DNA of 40,266 nt, taken from the NCBI GenBank assembly GCA_964016885.1, contig CAXHJY010000997.1, positions 1 to 40,266 of the forward strand, given 5' to 3'. Origin of the DNA: Eledone cirrhosa. Lineage: Eukaryota. This document shows positions 1 to 12,039 of this stretch, in pieces. Position 1 is the stretch's first letter; every line of letters starts with the position of its first letter. The position numbers and the translations under genes are program-made. Under the pieces are notes generated by a model that was given only the letters and a program-made list of their open reading frames with translations, had not been told where the DNA came from and made no database searches.

Positions 1-85
1 TCATTATAATAAAACGCATAAACCTCACCAACCACTTTGGGCCGTTTTTCTGGTGATTTGAGCGTGCTTGTCCTGTGATATCTCC

Positions 86-116
<31 letters not shown>

Positions 117-125
117 GCACACACA

Positions 126-243
126 AAATTCCGTTATAACGAATTTCATTCCCCGGTCACGCTCGATCTCGTTATAAAGAATTTTTCGTTACAACGAATT
201 TTTTAATACCCCGTGAATTTCGTTATAACGGAATTTCACTGTA
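126..243. mobile_element. Short Tc1/mariner-pogo (Tigger-like) MITE
   Basis: Inverted repeat aaattccgttataacgaa (126-143) / ttcgttataacggaattt (219-236). The right end continues cactg|TA, the CAGT-type terminus plus TA target of pogo/Tigger elements. Internal repeats of cgttata/cgttaca; left terminus eroded. Confidence 0.7.
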
Positions 244-608
244 TATAGTATGTGTGTATACACACAATTTTCTTGCTTCTTTTTTTCGTGTGTGTATAAT
301 CGTGTGTTGACAATGAAGCAGTGAAACTTGTCTATTTGTAGTGCTTGTGAAGATAGGTGAGTGACCTTTGATAGCGCCATGTCTATTTATTGCTTTTTAA
401 TTTCTCTATATGACTGGTTGATAATAGATATATTTACCCGAGGTTCATTTGATTGTCGTCTGTCTTTGAGTCTTCGAAGAAGTTCTTAGGCGTCTCACTC
501 GACATGTTACCCATCTGTTTGAAAAATGATAACCATTGGGTGGAAAATGTAAGAGAAAGTGATATCGTAAAGTCTACTCCAGCTGGCCCGACCGGTTTTA
601 TTATTATT

Positions 609-798
609 GGATTGGCTGTACCGGTCAAGGGTCGGACGCCATGCGTTGCAGCAAAGAGTTATGGCCCTTTATGGTCTGGGTTCCAATCCCGCCGAGGTTA
701 ACTTTGCCTTTCATCCTTACGGGGTCGATAAAATAAAGTACCAGTAATACACTTGGATAATTGCTGGCCTTGTGCCAAAAGTAGAAACAATTATTATT
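609..798 (+). mobile_element. tRNA-derived SINE, family A
   Basis: B-box-like gggttccaatccc followed by the conserved body gaggttaactttgcctttcatccttacggggtcgataaaataaagtaccagt and an (att)n tail. The same body recurs more than ten times in the window. Confidence 0.85.
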
Positions 799-814
799 AG
801 AAACGGCTTATTTT

Positions 815-892
815 GTGTGGCCGAATGGTTAAGAAGTTCGCTTCACAATCACGATGTTTCAGGTTCGATTACAAACTGCGTGTTTTCTTGGG

Positions 893-925
<33 letters not shown>

Positions 926-987
926 CCCCTGTCTACGCAAGTTTTGTGAGGGATGTTGGGTAGACGGAAACAGTTTAGAAGCCCGCC
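815..987 (+). mobile_element. tRNA-derived SINE, family B, with internal poly-T
   Basis: A-box tggccgaatggtt, B-box ggttcgatt, then cttgggca...ttgtgag...ggtagacggaaac...gaagcccg, shared with copies at ~11860-12020, ~22570-22710 and ~23330-23480. Confidence 0.75.
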
Positions 988-989
988 AG

Positions 990-1260
990 ATCGACTGAAC
1001 ATATTCGTTTTTGTCACGCTGAATATCCCAGAGAATGGCGCTAAGAGTGCACGTGGAATACACTTTATCGTGACGGCCTTCCTGTTGACAGCTAGTAGGC
1101 TCATCGTCGAAACCGAAGGAAGATAATTTTATCTTCCTTTCTTTTTTCTCAAACCCCTAAACCCTTCATTACACGCACCCTTTCATGTATCCACATCCAC
1201 TCATTATCAGCTTCCGCCATTGTTCGTGACCTTTACTCAACTTTCTTCGGTCACACATAA

Positions 1261-1296
<36 letters not shown>

Positions 1297-1460
1297 TATA
1301 GATAGATAGATAGAGAGAGCGCGCAAGGAAAACACTTTATATTATATCCGTTTCTCGTTTTACATGCCTCTGTCTCCCAACACAAGCAGAAAGTCGCCAG
1401 CACCACACCTTACTCCTTTTACCAGAAGCCGTTTTAGTCTTCCTCGCGTTATAATCATTG
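990..1460. promoter_or_regulatory. Putative CpG-rich promoter / first-exon region
   Basis: Non-repeat sequence with abundant CpG. YY1-like AATGGCG (1034-1040) and CCGCCATT (1214-1221), E-box CACGTG (1050-1055). CpG becomes scarce after ~2 kb. Confidence 0.4.
1261..1324. repeat. Compound microsatellite (AC)n(AT)n(GATA)n(GA)n
   Basis: Read directly. Confidence 0.9.
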
Positions 1461-2373
1461 GAACTGCTTCTTTGGTCTTTCTTTCCTTCTCATTCTCCCT
1501 CTTTTACTTCATCGTTCTTTGACAATTTCCCTATACTTGTTTCTCTAACTTTATCTAAATCATGAGCTTTTTGTCTTTTGACTTTACACCAATCTCTCCG
1601 GCACTTGCTAGCGAACATGAGGGCCTCTTCTACGTACGCACTCGCTAGACCTATTAGAAATAGCACCCGAATCTCTCCTCAGAATACACTATACCGCCTT
1701 TAAGAACATAATCGATAATGTGGTCTAAGATATTTCAAAAGAATGTGAGTGTAAGGTACTAGGCACGCCAGAAGATGTATGTCGGGTAGGCCAGTTGGAA
1801 TGAGCCTACCATTTTTAAGGGGACTACTCGCTTCATGTTGCAGTTCTTTTCTTCTTCGCCCCTTTATTCCTGAGAGGGTCATGTTGGAAAAGTCCTCAAA
1901 CTCATCGATGAGAAAGCGAGTGTCTGAGTTTTTGCAGCAGTTCTTTTCATTTCGTAAATTTTTTATTATTACACTCATCTCTGCGACAGGTGTTATAGAG
2001 TGTTCAGGTGAACAAACCACAGAAAATGAGAAATTTACTGTGTTTTTTGGAGGCCAGGAAAAACAAATTTCACCTTCAAAATTCTAACTAGACACATCAA
2101 CTAACTACCCTTGAAATTAACAAAATTATTATTACACCCATCTCTGAGTCAGGTGTAATAATAAAAAATTCATCTATCTATTTACTGTTCTATTATTTAT
2201 AAGTCTGTCATGTACATTACCTATACATACATGTGTATATGCCTGTGACCCATACAGTAAATCAATATATTTAACACTGGTTACTAAGATTACTAATAGG
2301 TAGTTAGAAAATGGAACCTACATTTTACATCTGGCCTGAGCCAATTACTAGCTTTGCATAAACCTAAATGTTG

Positions 2374-2470
2374 GCTCTACTCATGATGATGCTTCTGGGG
2401 GTCACTGACCTAGGGTGACCCCCAGTCTCATCGAGCTAGAGCATGAAGAAGATACATAAACCTGGTGTAG
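2374..2470 (+). ncRNA. Candidate structured small RNA (box C/D-like, with strong hairpin)
   Basis: ATGATGA (2383-2389), CTGA (2405-2408), ATGAAGA (2443-2449), imperfect final box CTGG and flanking ctac/gtag. Perfect 11-bp stem ctgggggtcac/gtgacccccag (2395-2425). Confidence 0.25.
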
Positions 2471-3734
2471 GGTAATTTACACTATGTAGATTAAACTATT
2501 ATTAATATAGCTAATTATTTTCTCGTTCCATGTTTATTTTCCTAACTTTGCTTTTAGCTACACCCAATTCTAATTTTCTTTTACTATTTCTTCCCTCTTG
2601 TAATGCAGATAGATCCAAAATAATCTCTCTGCTAAAAGTATTGTAAAGTAGTACAGCTGAATGAAGGATCAACCAAATACATAGTTATGCATAATAAAAA
2701 TGATGGATTGAATATGAAACTCAACACTATAGGAATGAATTAACAGGAAGGTTTGTCTGTATTGTCTAATGAACAGAATTCAGCCATATTGTGGTTATTA
2801 GCATTTATCCTGTGCCATAAACTGTTATATTAACTTCCTTCTGTCTTATCTGAATTATCAAAACTGACTACATTCAATTAGTCAACTAATTGTTGTTTAA
2901 CCCCAGGTTAACCCAAATTGAGCAATAGACCTAACATCAAAGTGTGTGATCATCCAACTGTGAAAAGGTGAAGCGGAGATTCTGTGCTTAAACTTCTAAT
3001 CTGTTCAAATACAGAAATATTTGCTATATACGCATATGTGTATAACCTTTATTTAGTCTTTGGATTTTGATCTTTTGAACACACACATACGAGACTATAT
3101 TAAAGATTGGGCTACAAGTAGAAGAGCATGCTACTATTTTATTTATATATTTATTTAATTTGAACTACTTGCTACTTCAAAATCTTAATTTTCAGTGGTG
3201 GGTTGAATTTCATTAAGCTCAGTAATTTAGACTTAGTGATGTTTTTTTTTTTTTTTTGCATTGCCTTAACAAAACATCTTGAAATAAGGAAGTGAAAATA
3301 TCTCTCCAGATTAATTGTGTATGAAATAAATTTGTTTTACCCATCTTATGGTTCTTTAGCCAACGAAGGAACTCTGAGATGGGTGAAACAAATTTCCCTG
3401 TGCATGCACTAATCAATCTAATGAAATATGAGTCAATTAATCCCAGTGATCTAGCAACTTTGCTGCAATGTCCAATGAATTCTTTTTTATTGAAAACAAT
3501 AGGGTGTAATTTGAGAGAGATTTGGCTGCTGTTTTTGCGCAAACTGTGTAATCTTATAGGGACTCTCTTATTGCTTCTCAACAGCTTGTAGTAGTTTAAT
3601 GTTGAATTGCAAAGGTAAAAATGATGGGTTCTTCTGAATAGTTATGTGTTTTTTGTGGATTTAACCTGATAACAGACTATGTAAGACATCAGTCGGAACT
3701 AAAGAGAAACTCTAGTTATTCTTTACCTAATAGT

Positions 3735-3921
3735 AATAATTGTTTCTACTTTTTGACACAAGGCCAGCAATTACCCAGTGATTTACTGGTACTTTATTTT
3801 ATCGACCCCGTAAGAATGAAATGCAAAGTTAACCTCGGCGGGATTTGAACTCAGAATGGCAAGGACCGTAACTCTATACATCAAAGCATGGCGTCCGACC
3901 CTCTACCGATACTGCCAATCC
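3735..3921 (-). mobile_element. SINE family A, same subfamily as 609-798
   Basis: Reverse complement ggattggcagtatcggtagagggtcggacgccatgc...gagttcaaatcccgccgaggttaactttgc...gtagaaacaattatt aligns end to end with 609-798. Confidence 0.85.
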
Positions 3922-4639
3922 ACGGACATCCAAATCTCCTCATTACATTTTGCCTTCTAAACAAAGGGCTCATTGAATAATGTAGTCCTAGATACTGTTT
4001 AGAGAAACATTTTCTGGAACACCTTTGATCTTCGGTCTACTGTTCATGGATGATCTTTTGAAGTTAAACAAGTGCTGTTGCTATTATTACAATTACTCTA
4101 TATACTAATGCTACATGACCCTATATAAATCCAAAAGCTAGCCAGAATAATTGTATATTATTATCATTATTATCATCATCATCATTAGTTTGGGAGAGCT
4201 TTGTCGTGGTTTCTATGGCTGAATGTCCTTTCTAATGCCAATCACTGCACAATGTATTGAGTGCATTTTATTGTGACATTAGCACTAGAGAAGTTGTCAA
4301 GTTCTTGACATGACTAAAGAGTTGTCTCTACCTTGTACTGTCACTGTTCAATCACCATCCATTTTACACTGTTGATTAATATCCAAGGAAAATTTGTTTT
4401 TCTTTAAATTCATTATCCCATGGTATTTTATTAGTTAGTTTTTATAGCTGGATGTTCCCTCCACCATTAAACTTTCAGTTTTGAAGCTTATTCTTATTTT
4501 TATCAGTTGGTTAAATGGAGCTTGGCTCTGGAGCACACCAAAGTGGATGAAACTGAGCATAGTCAATAGACTAGCACCTTTTTAGTTTCACAGCCATTGT
4601 GCTTCATCCAAGCTTACTACTTTTACAGCAGATGACTAT

Positions 4640-5203
4640 GAATTGAGCTTCAAGTATCCAAAAGACTGTCTAGAAGTAGTTAATAGCTTCTGTTACTTAA
4701 GTGACCCAGTAGTAGAAGTAGGTGCTTGTAAGAATGGGGTGGAAAAAGTTCAGGGAGCTTATTACCTCTGTTGGCAGCAGAGTGCCTCTCTCTGGGTGAA
4801 GGGCAGACTATATGAAATCTGTTTGTATAATTATGAAACATGGGTGGATGCAGAGGATATGCGAAGGTCAGAAAGACATGAAATGAAGATGCTCTGTTAT
4901 GTGTAAATTGGTGGTGTGCATGTACAGTGAAGTGCAGATGAGCTGGGATAAAAGTAAGTATAAGAGGGGTTAACTGTAGTGTATAAGAGAGCAGATTAAA
5001 CTGATACAGATGTGATGTAGTTGAAGAATGATAGTTGCATAAAGTAGTAGCAAGCTATTCAAATGGAAAGGACCTGTGGAGGAGGAAGACAGTAGAAATG
5101 AAGGTTGGTCCTTACAGAGTTGACAAGAGTCTGCAATAGAAATGCTGTGCTTCAGAAGGCCTGTCAGTCCATGAACATAAAAATAAAGTTGTAAAATGAT
5201 GAA
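4640..5203 (+). pseudogene. Old degraded RTE LINE 3' fragment
   Basis: Translations LEVVNSFCYL, KGRLYE, ETW and EDMRRSERHEMKML match the C-terminal region of the 38121-40166 ORF (VETVDSFCYL, KGRLYD, SETW, EDLRRLERNEACML). Frameshifts and stops; ends in aaaatgatga. Confidence 0.85.
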
Positions 5204-6465
5204 AGAAAAGAATTATTTCTTTTTCATTTTATATCTGCATGTCTCTCACCTTGTTACTGATTAATCCCTTATCTGTTCATCTGAACTCTGCTTTTCATAC
5301 TCACCCTTCCTCATACTGTTTGTGTCTAGATTTACTTCTTACTTTCTGTCACAAAGAGAGGCCTGATGATGAACACATACTAGCACTACTTTTAAAAAAA
5401 TTCATACAATGAATAAAGTAAAGAAAGAATTCATATTTGCATGGATAGATGTAATTATTTGAATTTTTATACATTTTGTTTTTTAGGGGTCAACCATAAC
5501 ATGTTTTAATTTGCAAAACATTTTGTACATGTACCCTGTATTACCTTTATTACTTAGAATGCTATACAAGTACATTACATTTCAATTTAAGAATACTTTC
5601 TTGTAACAGCATAAAGAAAACATCATGTATATACATGCTTATATAAAAGAAAAAGTTGGCTTGCTTATTAACTATATATATATTTTTTATTATTTGAAAA
5701 ATGTAAGGAAACACACTTGCACACACGATATCATACTTACTCACACTCACGTGCGGGCGCATGGTGTACGTGTGCACATACATAAACAGATGCACACATG
5801 TAATCACCTATGTAGCTTATTTTACTGACATAATCCAAATGCACTGCTCAAGATAAACCTAAAATCTTTTCTCTCCTTTTCCTTTCCCTCTCTCCCCTCA
5901 CTCTTTGCCCTACCCCATTCTCTTTCTCTCATTCATTCATTCACACCCACCCACACAGCAGCTGCATCATATTTCCTTGAGGTTACAGAAGAGAATGTTC
6001 TCTCTCTCCCTCTCTCTCTCTTCAACAACCCAAACTTTTTTATTTTTTTAATCTTGCCTGATGAGTTTGTTGCCCACACATGCACACATTTGCATTCTTA
6101 CATACTGACATGCTGATCCACACTTATGTACACATGCTCACAGTCACTCTCACACAACTGCACTCTTACACATATGCACACAGTTACACTCTTCCTCATA
6201 CACAATTTTCTTACGTCAGTCATGATTGTTCCCCTATTTACTCTTGCCACGAGGCATTTTGTTATCCCTAAACAATAACTTTCTTGGGTTGGTTGTTATT
6301 GACAATATGGTAGAGATGAGTGTAAGGGAAGGTAGTGGTGATTGTGGGCAGTTTTTCTTTTTTTTATCTTTGATTAATGCCAAATTCATAATGTGGTATG
6401 GTCTGGCATATGTATACCTTAGATTATTTTTTATGAGGTAATGTTCATTCCCATAACATGATTTT

Positions 6466-6660
6466 AATAATAATGCTTTCTACGTTAGGCACAAGGCCTG
6501 CAATTTAGGGTGAACGGTAAGTTGATTAAATCGCCAGAAATACTTGACTGTTACTTTATTTTATCAACCCTGAAAGGATAAAAGGCAAATTTAACCTCAG
6601 TGGTATTTGAACTCAGAATACAAAGAACCATAACTAAATACTTCAAATTATTTGCTTGCT
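6466..6660 (-). mobile_element. SINE family A
   Basis: actttattttatcaaccctgaaaggataaaaggcaaatttaacctcagtggtatttgaactcagaa is the reverse family A body; cacaaggcc tail motif. Confidence 0.8.
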
Positions 6661-6929
6661 GCCCTTGATTATCAAATATTTTTGTGTATGTATGTATGTA
6701 TGTATGTGTGTATGTGTATATATATATATATGTGTGTGTGTGTATCACCGTCTGTAACTCTTTAAAATTTACACACACAAACACAATGCATTTCTTATCT
6801 TAGTCATGTTGCTACCATAAGAAATTCACTTTCCAATCATAAAGTCTTGGGCTCTAACCTTATATTTGTTCCTGTAAATAGTTATTTCTCTAAAATTACT
6901 CCTAGATTTAATCCTGTATCAGTTGTATA

Positions 6930-7291
6930 TACCCGCGTGTCCCAAATAATAGGAGGTGAGGGTAGAATAACCGGGGCTCGGTAATTTTTCTAGGTTGTCT
7001 GTTGATTTTTTTTTTTTTTTAAAACCAGAATTAGTTGTTTAATTTACATATTGAGACCACGACCCATTATATTTATTTTATAAATAATGGGATTTCTAGT
7101 AATGTACCTTTTTTTTTTCATGTATAATGTTTTTTAATGTTTAAAGAAAATTAACATAAAATTTTGTCAGAGATAGATGAGTAAAATTTAATAAGTGGGG
7201 GAATTGGAATAAGAACGGGGATGGGGAAAAATTAATAACCGGGTGGGGGTGATCTGAAGAAATTAATAACTAGGGTGGAGGGCGATTATTT
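6930..7291. mobile_element. MITE remnant with internal AATAAnnGGG repeats
   Basis: Starts tacccgcgtgtcccaaataatagg, carries several aataa..ggg units and ends gggcgattattt, a truncated complement of the left end. Confidence 0.5.
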
Positions 7292-8392
7292 TTCTTTTAT
7301 ATAAGCATGTATAGACATGATGTCTTCTTTGTGTTGTTGCAAGAAAGTATTCTTTAATTGAAATGTAATGTACAGCATTCTAAATAATAAAGGTAATATG
7401 GGGTACATGTACAAAATTTATGTAATTATATTCTAGAAATAAATTAAAATATCATTCTTATCTTTAAGCACTTCTATATGTCAGTAATCAACATAAAATA
7501 TTGGGTTTCTCTTATGCAAACTGTTAATTTATTAGAACACAAATTTCCCAGTTTGTATGATTGCTCATATATCCAGTAAACCTGGACTCCAAAAATTAAA
7601 TATGATGATGATGAAATGTTATTCAAAATAAGAATCTTAAGCCCATAAGTAGACAATTGACGTAGATTTTGATAATACCAATTCCATCCTCAGTAAATTA
7701 TCTGAAACTTAATTCATAAACCTTGGAGGGAGCGATGACAGGTAGGGTTTGAACTCTAAATAGTGACGTCTACGTACTTGTATCAGTATTCAAATGGCAT
7801 GGGTTGAGCTGGTTCCAACCAGCAGCAAATTCACTGCAATGCAAGCACAAACTGACCATGCACAGCAATTACTGACATCCAATATGGAGATTGTTAACCA
7901 GCTTTAATTCCAACAGCAGACACCATGAATGTGATGTGCACATAAACAGTAATGTTAATTATTTATACACAACACAGCATATATTGGATAATCAGAAATT
8001 TTTAAAGTAGGTATACCTAAATGCTTTGCCTCACTATGAAATATAAACAAATGTAATCATATTTTGATATCTCTCTATAAGCAGAAAAAAATATTGAAAC
8101 TGTTCTAATTTCATTTTTATCCAGGAGCAAGAACCCTCGTTTTCTGTCTACAGGGAAATTGGTTGCTTATAGCTATTTATATCAAAAACAAACCAGGAAT
8201 CAACCGAAATGGCCAATCTTTGCATAATTGTGCATTCTTTGGTTAATTATGTATGCACAATGCAGCATTTATTGGATAATCTGGATGTTTTTTTCTTTTA
8301 AAAGTAGATATAGCTTTAATTTTTGAATTGCAGAATGTAAATAAATGTAAACATACTTTTACATTTCTCTGAGGACTGAAAATATTGGGATT

Positions 8393-8433
8393 GTTCTGAC
8401 TAGTTTCATCTCTACTTGGAGATTCATCAGAAC
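8393..8433 (-). ncRNA. Minimal type-I hammerhead ribozyme motif (Penelope-like element type)
   Basis: Minus strand reads gtt-CTGATGA-atctc-caagta-gagat-GAAAC-TA-GTC-agaac: complete catalytic core, perfect 5-bp stem II, palindromic minimal stem III and GUC cleavage triplet. Stem I is weak. Confidence 0.6.
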
Positions 8434-8544
8434 TAAATAAAGTCATGAGTCAGGAGCTGCTTGCAGTATGAAACGGTGCTTTGGAATATTGAGTTATATA
8501 TCATTAGCTTGAAAATTGATTTGAATGCTAGCATTAGAATGTGA

Positions 8545-8650
8545 AACACGTGACCATAAGTATTGGATTCTTGGTCATATGATTATAGGTTTGATTCCTG
8601 GACCAGGTGGCGTGTTGTGTTTTTGAGCAAAACACTTCATTCATGTTGAT
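8545..8650 (+). mobile_element. tRNA-derived SINE, family C, degraded
   Basis: B-box ggtttgattcc then ttgtgtttttgagcaaaacacttca. A reverse copy lies at ~20128-20238. Confidence 0.6.
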
Positions 8651-8675
8651 TTTTTTACAATTGGACTGGGGTCCC

Positions 8676-8841
8676 TATTGTATGTTTTGTGGTAAATCTT
8701 ACATAATATCGAATCTACGAGATTTTAATGTTGTTTATTTTGAGAACAATACCTTAAGGTCAGTATGAGCGGCCAGTTACAGCCAATAGGAGGTGAGAGA
8801 ATTCTGGCCGGATTCAGTCGGTTTAAATGCTAAAGGGTTAA
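8676..8841 (-). mobile_element. piggyBac-type MITE end
   Basis: Terminates aaaggg|ttaa (TTAA target plus CCCTTT terminus). Homologous in inverted orientation to 12973-13152. Confidence 0.7.
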
Positions 8842-9309
8842 AGAAACCAAGTGATGCAACCTCGTAGGAGACCAGCTAAACCTATATTTCAGATTTTCAT
8901 TCTAGCAACAGAGTGCACTCTTGCAAAAGACATCCAAGAACCAGCTGATGGTGTTAAACTAGATCTACTACTTAGTATATGCACAGCAGTTCAGTTATAA
9001 CAATATTACGCACATGTAGAACTGGCTGAGATTTGTTGCCATAGAAATTTAAAGTTTCTGTCTGATAAGATTTAATAGATGATTAATAAAGATAATGATC
9101 AACATAAATACAGACACGTGCATCAATCAACAACATACAAGCTAATAAGGTTATCACTACCTGGTCACTCAACATGCTGCAGTACATACTGATCGATCTC
9201 TCTCTCTCTCCTAACAATTTTTGTATGATAAGATGATTGTTAGGGATAATGATGGACAGACTCATGCACTTACACAACTCACACACATGCCATTAAATTT
9301 GTCTTCATG

Positions 9310-9470
9310 GTTACTCAGCCTGCTAGAAATAGCAGTCAGATCACCATCAAATCACACTGTATAATTTTTTTTTTTTACTTAGATATATTAGGTGTGAAAA
9401 AAGATAGGATGGAATACTTTGATCATAGGTCTGCTGGATCAAAGCTGGCCTGAGTTAAACACCAACAGCT
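9310..9470. repeat. Abundant short interspersed repeat (gcctgctagaaatagcag...gatcataggtctgct family)
   Basis: The same motifs occur at ~1630-1740, 2890-2960, 17865-17990, 19020-19200, 20625-20790, 35010-35165 and 36545-36695. Confidence 0.7.
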
Positions 9471-11591
9471 CAAAAGTTACTTGTATTTTTCTGTTTAAGA
9501 AATTTCAGAATAAGCCCCGAGTAGCCTAACAGGTTTTTTACATTTGAGAAATTTTTTCATCATTTTTTTTTTCTAAATGATATTAAACTTCCTGAAACTC
9601 CCCTGATTCTGTGATATAAACCTTCTTATTGTAAAGTTTATATTTAACTAGAAATCTTCATCACAATTTTAGATAAAAACCTTTATGTTCAAACACCAGC
9701 TTACTAATAGGTTATATTACTAAATCCTTCAAAGTTATTTAAAAATTATCAGGCAGTTTCTTTCATTAGAAATATGGTAATAAAAAGGTTAAATAAGGAT
9801 TTTTCACATCTGAGGATAGGTGCAGTTCATCAGATTGTCCGCTAATCAGTATTTCATTGATATTGTTTAAGTTATTCCTTTTCCCACGAAAATATGAAAA
9901 TCCAGCATACGTCTTATCTACTGAATCTACAAAACCTCAATTCAAAGTATATTCTACATTATAAATGTATGTAAAGTGGAGGTGCAGCTTATGCCCAACT
10001 ATATACCATATGTTTTAGCTACCCTGGCAGGATTTGAACTCAGAACAGTGTAACAAAACACCGGAAGCTATTTTATCCATTCCTCCATTGATTCTATCAA
10101 GATTTATTGCATTTGATATTTCCTCTAGAACTTTATTTTACATCAGGGTGGAGATGAGGAACATAATGTAGACTCAAGAAAATTAATACAGGCAATGATT
10201 ATAGCTATCAAAAACAGATATATTTGTAAAATGATAAGGTTTAACAGCAAGTACTTGGCAGGGGTTCATAAATAACTTAATCAAATTACATTAGTGATTA
10301 TAAAATATTTTAGGTCCCCCTTCCTTCAGTTTTTAGAAATCAACCTCCTCAAATTTAATTTTTTTTTATCACAACAGTAAGATCTGTGTAATATTATGTC
10401 TGAGAGTATATTTCAGATAAATCAAAATAGCAAAACTTTGATTATAATACTTCTCTATAAACATCACCATTATTGTTTTATGCCTGTTTTCCATTTTAGC
10501 ATGGCTTAGTCAGTTCTTATTTGAAGTTACTGCTTTCTTAAACAGGTCGGAAGACCATGTCTTGTCTTTGTGTTCCATTTTTGACATTTCTTCATTTGTA
10601 TGTCTTTTCTAACACCAACCGCATTACAGAGTGTATTTTATTGTGGCACCACCACTAGAGAGGCTGTCATGTCTGCATGATAAAATTTGATATATCAAAT
10701 AATAGATTTGGATGATTTATCCTTTTAATATGAATGTGCCTCAGACCACTTCTGGTTCTTGAATACAAAGCCCTTCATTATATATGTTCTCCACACTGGA
10801 ATGGTTTATTTAAATTAAAACCTTTCATTATGATTTTATGTTAGAACTGTTTTATTTTTTGTTCCAACCACCAGTGTTGATCACGACAAAATTAGTTATT
10901 TTACTAATCCTTTCACAGTTTTAATTATTTTAAAAATGAATTTAAGGATGTAAGCAATGTGTTTCATTAGAAATATAATTGCAAAATAGTTGAAATGAAT
11001 TATTAAATATGTAAAGTAAAAAGTTCTAACTACAGTTGCTATAGTTACTTCATATTTCTTAGGTGCTAGACATAATCATTTCAACTGGTTTAAATTGCAG
11101 TCCACTTTTGCTTGGCCCTTTTAGCTATGTCTTTTTTTTTTAAGCATCTGTACTCCTCTTTCAGTCAAGGGTAACACAAGCCAGTGGTTTCCTTTCCATA
11201 CAAAAAAAGTGATGAACATTTTCATTCATCCGCTCTCAAAAAAAAAAAACTCTTGAAAAACTATATATAGAAGAACAAAAAGTTTTAAAATGAATTTACA
11301 TATCACACTCTAACTTTGACATGTTTGAATTTGAGGAATAATATTTGAAGAATGTATAGAGGCTAAGCAATATAATATTTTAAAAAAATAATAGATCAAA
11401 GCACACAAAAAGATTGGTGCATTTTTTTTTTTTTCTTTGTGTGAATATAAAAAAACAAGTGGTGAGACAGTGTACTAGAACAAGCCTGTCCAACCCATAC
11501 TGGCAGGTAGTGTAGAGGGAATTCATGTAAAATGATGAATTATAATAATAAATCCATATGAAGAACTGTTTATGCTTGCAAATTAAATGCA

Positions 11592-11630
11592 ATCATCATC
11601 ACCGTTTTACGTCCGTTCTTCCATGCTAGC
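11592..11630 (-). mobile_element. Extreme 3' tip of the young RTE family
   Basis: atcatcatcaccgttttacgtccgttcttccatgctagc matches the termini at 21027 and 37816 with one substitution. Confidence 0.75.
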
Positions 11631-11689
11631 AAAGGTAAAATCTTTTAATGTAAATAAGTAAATGATTCAACCAAGACTGATTTCAATTT

Positions 11690-12023
11690 TTCTCTTTTAA
11701 TATACTTTTTTCCGTTGCTGAGGCACCATCTTCAAGGGATTTAGTTAATCATATTGGCCCCACTATATATTTATTAAGCCTGGTACTTATTTTCTTGGTC
11801 TCCTTTTCTCGAACTGTTGAGTTACAGAGCGTAAACAGGGATCCACATAATACTCAGTGGGCTTCCGTACAGTTTCCATCTGCCAAAATTTCTCTCAGAA
11901 TGCGTTGGTCAAGTTGTGGCTAGAGTAGAAGACACATGCCTTGGGTGCAAGGCAGTGGATCTAAACCCCAAACTGCATGGTTGTGAAGTGAACTCCTTAA
12001 CTACATGGCCATGCCTGTGCCTA
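11690..12023 (-). mobile_element. SINE family B with long 3' body
   Basis: gggcttccgtacagtttccatctgccaaa...tagaagacacatgccttggg...catggttgtgaagtgaactccttaactac is reverse family B. The left part is shared with ~21870-21960 and ~31860-32015. Confidence 0.7.
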
Positions 12024-12039
12024 TGTATGTGTATATATA

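Larger units (their letters stand above)
5521..7416. repeat. Long-spaced inverted repeat, arms 5521-5654 and 7289-7416
   Basis: ttttgtacatgtaccc...catgcttatataaaagaaaaa is the reverse complement of tttttcttttatataagcatg...gggtacatgtacaaaa, with scattered substitutions and one small indel. Confidence 0.85.

Noticed and set aside
859-1104. Minus ORF resembling a mitochondrial targeting peptide; the overlapping frame has VYSTCTLS like an NSUN/RsmB motif
   Set aside because: The distal half runs through a SINE and a poly-T run, there is no convincing splice donor, and no other methyltransferase motifs are nearby.
7794-7907. 37-aa ORF MAWVELVPT... with good start context
   Set aside because: Too short, no recognisable homology, no supporting gene structure.
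9801-9833. Minus-strand CTGATGA...GAAA
   Set aside because: Stem II poor and no stem III or cleavage triplet; chance match. Other CTGANGA hits (5363, 6058, 33901, 36742) also lack the rest of the core.
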